Shown here: positions 57,001 through 64,000 of the stretch, piece after piece
Layout of the letters: each line of letters begins with the position of its first letter
Position numbering within the stretch: the stretch's first letter is position 1
NCBI GenBank assembly: GCA_964016885.1
Contig: OZ024744.1
Span: 19,096,001-19,160,000 of the forward strand
Source: Eledone cirrhosa
Taxonomy: Eukaryota
DNA: 64,000 nucleotides
Direction: 5' to 3'
Position numbers and translations under genes: made by a program
Notes under the pieces: model-generated
Told to the model about the DNA's origin: nothing
Database searches by the model: none
Seen by the model: the letters and a program-made list of their open reading frames with translations, nothing else

Positions 57001-60000
57001 TCTGTATGTCTGTGTCTCTGTGTATGTCACTGTATGTTTGTGTATGTCTGTGTCACTGTGTATGTCACTGTGTGTTTCTCAATGTATGTGTCACTGTGTA
57101 TGTCACTGTGTGTTTCTGTATATCTGTGTCTCTGTGTATGTCACTGTATATGTGTGTATGTCTGTGTCACTGTGTATGTCACTGTGTGTTTATGTATGTA
57201 TGTGTCACTGTGTATGTCACTGTATGTTTGTGTGTGTCTGTGTCACTGTGTATGTCACTGTGTTTTTGCGTGTGTCTGTGTCACTGTGTATGTCACTGTG
57301 TGTTTGTGTATGTATGTGTCACTGTGTATGTCACTGTGTGTTTCTGTATGTCTGTGTCGCTGTGTATGTCACTGTGTGTTTCTGTATGTCTGTGTCACTG
57401 TGTATGTCACTGTATGTTTTTGTATGTCTGTGTCACTGTGAATGCCACTGTATTTTTGTGTATGTCTGTGTCACTGTGTGTGTCACTGTGTATGTCACTG
57501 TATGCTTCTGTATGTCTGTGTCACTGTGTATGTCACTGTATGTTTTTGTATGTCTGTGTCACTGTGTATGTCACTGTATGTTTTTGTATGTCTGTGTCAC
57601 TGTGTATGTCACTGTGTGTTTATGTATGTCTGTGTCACTGTGTATGTCACTGTATCTTTGTGTATGGCTGTGTCACTGTGTATGTCACTGTGTTTTTGGG
57701 TATGTCTGTGTCACTGTGTATTTGTGTATGGCTGTGTCACTGTGTATGTCACTGTATGTTTTTGTATGTATGTGTCAGTGCGTATGTCACTGGGTGTTTC
57801 TGTATGTCTGTGTCACTGTGTATGTCACTGTATGTTTTTGTATGTCTGCGTCACTGTGTATGTAACTCTGTGTTTCTCTATGTCTGTGTCATTGTGTATG
57901 TCACTGTGTGTTTCTGTATGTATGTGTCACTGTGTATGTAACTGTATATTGTGTATGTTTGTGTCACTGTGTATGTCACTGTCTGTTTATGTATGTCTGT
58001 GTCACTGTTTGTGTCACTGTGTGTTTTTGTATGCCTGTGTCTCTGTGTATGTCAATGTGTCTTTCTATATGTCTGTGTCACGGCGTATGTCACCCTATGT
58101 TTGTCTATGTCTGTGTCACTGTGTATGTCACTGTATGTTTCTGTATGTCTGTCTCACTGTGTATGTCAATGTGTGTTTCTGTATCTCTGTGTCACGGCGT
58201 ATGTCACTGTATGTTTGTGTATGTCTGTGTCACTGTGTATGTCACTGTATGTTTCTCTATGTCTGTGTCACTGTGTATGTCACTGTATGTTTCTGTATGT
58301 CTGTGCCACTGTGTATGTCACTGTATGTTTCTGTATGTCTGTGTCACTGTGTATGTCACTGTGAGATTATGTATGTCTGAGGCACTGTGTATGTCACAGT
58401 GTGTTTCTGTATGTCTGTGTCACTGTGTATGTCACTGTATGTTTTTGTATGTCTGTGTCACTGTGAATGCCACTGTATTTTTGTGTATGTCTGTGTCACT
58501 GTGTGTGTCAATGTGTATGTCACTGTATGCTTCTGTATGTTTGTGTCAATGTGTATGTCACTGTGTGTTTCTGTATGTCTGTGTCACTGTGTATGTCACT
58601 GTATGTTTTTGTATGTCTGTGCCACTGTGTATGTCACTGTGTGTTTATGTATGTCTGTGTCACTGTGTATGTCACTGTATCTTTGTGTATGGCTGTGTCA
58701 CTGTGAATGTCACTGTGTGTTTGGGTATGTCTGTGTCACTGTGTATTTGTGTATGGCCGTGCCACTGTGTATGTCACTGTATGTTGTGTATGTCTGTGTC
58801 ACTGTGTATGTCACTGTATTTTTGTGTATGTCTGTGTCACCGTGTATGTCACTGTATATTTGTGTATGTCTGTGTCACTGTGTATGTCACTGTATCTTTG
58901 TGTATGTCTGTGTCACCGTGTATGTCACTGTATATTTGTGTATGTCTATGGCACTATGTATGTCATTGTGTGTTTATGTATGTCTGTGTCACTGTCTATG
59001 TCACTGTATCTTTGTGTATGTATGTGTCACTGCGTATGTCACTGGGTGTTTCTGTATGTCTGTGTCACTGTATATCATTGTATCTTTGTGTATGTTTGTG
59101 TCACCGTGTATGCCATTGTATTTTTGTGTATGTCTATGTCACTGTGTATGTCACTGTATCTTTGTGTATGTCTGTGTCACTGTGTACGTCACTGTGTGTT
59201 TCTGTATGTCTGTGTCAATGTGTATGTCACTGTATGTTTGTGTATGTCTGTGTCACTGTGTATGTCACTGTGTGTTTCTCAATGTATGTGTCACTGTGTA
59301 TGTCACTGTGTGTTTCTGTATATCTGTGTCTCTGTGTATGTCACTGTATCTGTGTGTATGTCTGTGTCACTGTGTATGTCACTGTATATGTGTGTATGTC
59401 TGTGTCACTGTGTATGTCACTGTGTGTTTCTGTATGTCTGTGTCACTGTGTATGTCAATGTATGTTTGTGTGTGTCTGTGTCACTGTTTATGTCACTGTG
59501 TGTTTCTCAATGTATGTGTCACTGTGTATGTCACTGTGTGTTTCTGTATATCTGTGTCTCTGTGTATGTCACTGTATCTGTGTGTATGTCTGTGTCACTG
59601 TGTATGTCACTGTATATGTGTGTATGTCTGTGTCACTGTGTATGTCACTGTATATTTGTGTATGTCTGTGTCACCGTGTATGTCACTGTATATTTGTGTA
59701 TGTCTATGGCACTATGTATGTCATTGTGTGTTTCTGTATGTCTGTGTCACTGTCTATGTCACTGTATCTTTGTGTATGTATGTGTCACTGTGTATGTCAC
59801 TGTGTGTTTCTGTATGTATGTGTCACTGTGTATGTCACTGTATCTTTGTGTATGTCTGTGTCACTGTGTATGTCACTGTGTGTTTCTGTATGTCTGTGTC
59901 ACTGTGTATGTCATTGTGTGTTTCTGTATGCCTGTGCCTGTGTATGTCACTGTATCTGTGTGTATGTCTGTGTCACGGTGTATGTCACTGTATGTTTGTG

Positions 60001-60079
60001 TATGCCTGTGTCATTCTTATATCAATGAATGTTTCTGTATGTCTATGTCTCTGTGTATGTCACTGTATCTTTGTGTATG

Positions 60080-63000
60080 TATGTGGCACTCTGTATGTCA
60101 TTGTGTGTTTCTGTATGTCTGTGTCACTGTCTATGTCACTGTATCTTTGTGTATGTCTGTGTCACTGTGTATGTCACTGTGTGTTTGTGTATGCCTGTGT
60201 CACTGTGTATGTCACTGTGTGTTTCTGTATGTCTGTGTCACTGTGTATGTCACTGGGTGTTTCTCTATGTCTGTGTCACTTTGTATGTCACTGTATCTTT
60301 GTGTATGTATGTGTCACTGTGTATGTCCCTGTATCTTTGTGTATGTCTGTGTCACCGTGTATGTCACTGTATCTTTGTGTATGTATGTGTCACTGTGTAA
60401 GTCAATGTATCTTTGTGTATGTCTGTGGCACTCTGTATGTCACTGTGTGTTTCTATATGTCTGTGTCACTGTCTATGTCACTGTATCTTTGTGTATGTAT
60501 GTGTCACTGTGTATGTCACTGTGTGTTTCTGTATGTCTGTGTCTCTGTGTATGTCACTGTATCTCTGTGTATGTCTGTGTCACTGTGTATGTCACTGTGT
60601 GTTTGTGTATGCCTGTGTGACTGTGTATTTCACTGTTTGTTTCTTTATGTATGTGTCACTGTGTATGTCACTGTGTGTTTCTGTATGTCTGTGTCACTGT
60701 GTATGTCACTGTATCTTTGTGTATGTCTGTGTCACTGTGTATGTCACTGTGTGTTTCTGTATGTCTGTGTCACTGTGTATGTCATTGTGTGTTTCTGTAT
60801 GCCTGTGTCTGTGTATGTCACTGTATCTTTGTGTATGTCTGTGTCACCGTGTATGTCACTGTATATTTGTGTATGTCTATGGCACTATGTATGTCATTGT
60901 GTGTTTCTGTATGTCTGTGTCACTGTCTATGTCACTGTATCTTTGTGTATGTATGTGTCACTGCGTATGCCACTGGGTGTTTCTGTATGTCTGTGTCACT
61001 GTATATCACTGTATCGTTGTGTATGTCTGTGTCACCGTGTATGCCATTGTATCTTTGTGTATGTCTATGTCACTGTGTATGTCACTGTATCTTTGTGTAT
61101 GTCTGTGTCACTGTGTACGTCACTGTGTGTTTCTGTATGTCTGTGTCAAGGTGTATGTCACTGTATGTTTGTGTATGTCTGTGTCACTGTGTATGTCACT
61201 GTGTGTTTCTCAATGTATGTGTCACTGTGTATGTCACTGTGTGTTTCTGTATATCTGTGTCTCTGTGTATGTCACTGTATCTGTGTGTATGTCTGTGTCA
61301 CTGTGTATGTCACTGTATATGTGTGTATGTCTGTGTCACTGTGTATGTCACTGTATATTTGTGTATGTCTGTGTCACCGTGTATGTCACTGTATATTTGT
61401 GTATGTCTATGGCACTATGTATGTCATTGTGTGTTTCTGTATGTCTGTGTCACTGTCTATGTCACTGTATCTTTGTGTATGTATGTGTCAGTGCGTATGT
61501 CACTGGGCGTTTCTGTATGTCTGTGTCACTCTGTATATCACTGTATCTTTGTGTATGTCTGTGTCACCGTGTATGCCATTGTATCTTTGTGTATGTCTAT
61601 GTCACTGTGTATGTCACTGTATCTTTGTGTATGTCTGTGTCACTGTGTATGTCACTGTGTGTTTGTGTATGTCTGTGTCAAGGTGTATGTCACTGTATGT
61701 TTGTGTATGTCTGTGTCACTGTGTATGTCACTGTGAGATTATGTATGTCTGAGGCACTGTGTATGTCACAGTGTGTTTCTGTGTCACTGTGTATGTCACT
61801 GTATATGTGTGTATGTGTGTGTCATTGTGTATGTCACTGTGTGTTTCTGTATGTATGTGTCACTGTGTATGTAACTGTATATTGTGTATGTCTGTGGCAC
61901 TCTGTATGTCATTGTGTGTTTCTGTATGTCTGTGTCACTGTCTATGTCACTGTATCTTTGTGTATGTCTGTGTCACTGTGTATGTCACTGTGTGTTTGTG
62001 TATGCCTGTGTCACTGTGTATGTCACTGTGTGTTTCTGTATGTCTGTGTCACTGTGTATGTCACTGGGTGTTTCTCTATGTCTGTGTCACTTTGTATGTC
62101 ACTGTATCTTTGTGTATGTATGTGTCACTGTGTATGTCCCTGTATCTTTGTGTATGTCTGTGTCACCGTGTATGTCACTGTATCTTTGTGTATGTATGTG
62201 TCACTGTGTAAGTCATTGTATCTTTGTGTATGTCTGTGGCACTCTGTATGTCACTGTGTGTTTCTATATGTCTGTGTCACTGTCTATGTCACTGTATCTT
62301 TGTGTATGTATGTGTCACTGTGTATGTCACTGTGTGTTTCTGTATGTCTGTGTCTCTGTGTATGTCACTGTATCTCTGTGTATGTCTGTGTCACTGTGTA
62401 TGTCACTGTGTGTTTGTGTATGCCTGTGTGACTGTGTATTTCACTGTTTGTTTCTTTATGTATGTGTCACTGTGTATGTCACTGTGTGTTTCTGTATGTC
62501 TGTGTCACTGTGTATGTCACTGTATCTTTGTGTATGTCTGTGTCACTGTGTATGTCACTGTGTGTTTCTGTATGTCTGTGTCACTGTGTATGTCATTGTG
62601 TGTTTCTGTATGCCTGTGTCTGTGTATGTCACTGTATCTTTGTGTATGTCTGTGTCACCGTGTATGTCACTGTATATTTGTGTATGTCTATGGCACTATG
62701 TATGTCATTGTGTGTTTCTGTATGTCTGTGTCACTGTCTATGTCACTGTATCTTTGTGTATGTATGTGTCACTGCGTATGCCACTGGGTGTTTCTGTATG
62801 TCTGTGTCACTGTATATCACTGTATCGTTGTGTATGTCTGTGTCACCGTGTATGCCATTGTATCTTTGTGTATGTCTATGTCACTGTGTATGTCACTGTA
62901 TCTTTGTGTATGTCTGTGTCACTGTGTACGTCACTGTGTGTTTCTGTATGTCTGTGTCAAGGTGTATGTCACTGTATGTTTGTGTATGTCTGTGTCACTG

Positions 63001-63160
63001 TGTATGTCACTGTGTGTTTCTCAATGTATGTGTCACTGTGTATGTCACTGTGTGTTTCTGTATATCTGTGTCTCTGTGTATGTCACTGTATCTGTGTGTA
63101 TGTCTGTGTCACTGTGTATGTCACTGTATATGTGTGTATGTCTGTGTCACTGTGTATGTC
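60080..63160. repeat. Duplicated block of about 1.27 kb (about 60080-61350 vs about 61890-63160, offset 1811)
   Basis: ORF ends 60400/62211 and 60620/62431 and starts 60651/62462 are offset by 1811. Both copies share the variants ctgcgtatgccactggg and atatcactgtatcgttg. Confidence 0.88.
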
Positions 63161-64000
63161 ACTGTGTGTTTCTGTATGTCTGTGTCACTGTGTATGTCAC
63201 TGTATGTTTGTGTGTGCCTGTGTCACTGTGTATGTCACTGTGTTTTTGCGTGTGTCTGTGTCACTGTGTATGTCACTGTGTGTTTGTGTATGTATGTGTC
63301 ACTGTGTATGTCACTGTGTGTTTCTGTATGTCTGTGTCGCTGTGTATGTCACTGTGTGTTTCTGTATGTCTGTGTCACTGTGTATGTCACTGTATGTTTT
63401 TGTATGTCTGTGTCACTGTGAATGCCACTGTATTTTTGTGTATGTCTGTGTCACTGTGTGTGTCACTGTGTATGTCACTGTGTGTTTCTGTATGTCTGTG
63501 TCACTGTGTATGTCACTGTATGTTTTTGTATGACTGTGTCACTGTGTATGTCACTGTATGTTTTTGTATGTCTGTGTCACTGTGTATGTCACTGTGTGTT
63601 TATGTATGTCTGTGTCACTGTGTATGTCACTGTATCTTTGTGTATGGCTGTGTCACTGTGTATGTCACTGTGTTTTTGGGTATGTCTGTGTCACTGTGTA
63701 TTTGTGTATGCCTGTGCCACTGTGTATGTCACTGTATGTTTTTGTATGTATGTGTCAGTAAGTATGTCACTGGGTGTTTCTGTATGTCTGTGTCACTGTG
63801 TATGTCACTGTATGTTTTTGTATGTCTGTGTCACTGTGTATGTCACTCTGTGTTTCTCTATGTCTGTGTCACTGTGTATGTCACTGTATATTTGTGTATG
63901 TCTGTGTCACTGTGTATGTCACTGTATATTTGTGTATGTCTGTGTCACCGTGTATGTCACTGTATATTTGTGTATGTCTATGGCACTATGTATGTCATTG

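Larger units (their letters stand above)
1..64000. repeat. 38-bp tandem satellite array, about 1,680 monomers, single orientation, running off both window ends
   Basis: The unit GTCACTGTGTAT-GTCACTGT-(atctttgt|atatttgt|gtgtttct|atgtttct|atgtttgt|atgttttt etc.)-GTATGTCTGT is 38 bp and recurs on every line. Monomers typically differ from consensus by a few substitutions and occasional 1, 2, 4 or 12-bp indels. No non-repeat insert was seen. Confidence 0.99.

Noticed and set aside
4-63761. Long overlapping + strand ORFs (up to 1304 aa) encoding Cys/Val/Met/Tyr-rich proteins with CHCxCHC motifs
   Set aside because: All three frames are open at once and encode the same rotating peptide. This follows directly from a stop-free 38-bp repeat. 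Stops and frameshifts occur freely, and there is no unique domain or gene structure. These are not metallothionein, keratin-associated or zinc-finger genes.
1-64000. CRISPR array (30-bp constant part plus variable part)
   Set aside because: The variable slot is only about 8 bp and is drawn from a few related alleles, not unique spacers. There is no leader and there are no cas genes.
1-64000. A genuine Ig or TCR locus
   Set aside because: There are no V, D, J or C coding segments, leaders or splice structure next to the RSS-like motifs. Nearly all motifs face the same way, and no inverted segment is seen, although joining same-orientation signals would produce one.
1-64000. Telomeric repeat or a named centromeric satellite
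   Set aside because: There are no TTAGGG-type or TG1-3 G-runs, and no recognisable alpha-satellite or CENP-B box. I do not recognise the 38-mer as a named family, and chromosomal location cannot be inferred without flanks.
1-64000. Transposon insertion, inversion or unique island hidden in the array
   Set aside because: Every stretch read aligns to the monomer in the same orientation. The most diverged patches (gagatt...gagg and cttatatcaatgaatg) keep the monomer register and recur as paralogues.
1-64000. Transcription-factor site clusters (SMAD CAGAC, TALE-class TGACA) and CACTATG Transib/ProtoRAG-like ends
   Set aside because: Motifs of 5-7 bp are expected by chance in any short repeat. 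CACTATG is a single-base variant of the consensus with no transposase, paired inverted ends or target-site duplication.
1-64000. Z-DNA or G-quadruplex-forming region
   Set aside because: Purine-pyrimidine alternation is broken every 8-14 bp by CT, TC or TTT. GGG runs are isolated variants and are never clustered in fours.

Overview
The whole 64-kb window is one uninterrupted, head-to-tail satellite DNA array, almost certainly eukaryotic. The monomer is 38 bp with consensus GTCACTGTGTATGTCACTGT[R-T-S-TTT-S-T]GTATGTCTGT, giving about 1,680 copies by length (64000/38). All copies face the same way: the + strand is TG-rich and the - strand is CA-rich. I found no genes, RNA genes, transposons, CRISPR array or unique sequence. 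The long Cys/Val-rich ORFs arise only because the + strand consensus contains no stop triplet. Diagnostic variants show a layered higher-order structure. There are near-identical tandem duplications of 2254, 2353 and 3124 bp, dispersed multi-kb paralogous blocks, and a left-to-right change in marker alleles. The most striking observation is on the - strand, where the monomer resembles V(D)J recombination signal sequences (RSS). A perfect CACAGTG heptamer lies 12 bp from an ACAAA(A/G/T)ATA-type nonamer in one monomer class. In the other class it lies 22 bp from an ACA(N)AAACA nonamer, and 7+22+9 equals the 38-bp period. The resemblance is visible in the sequence; any function is untested inference. 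Coordinates were read by eye and block edges are approximate.
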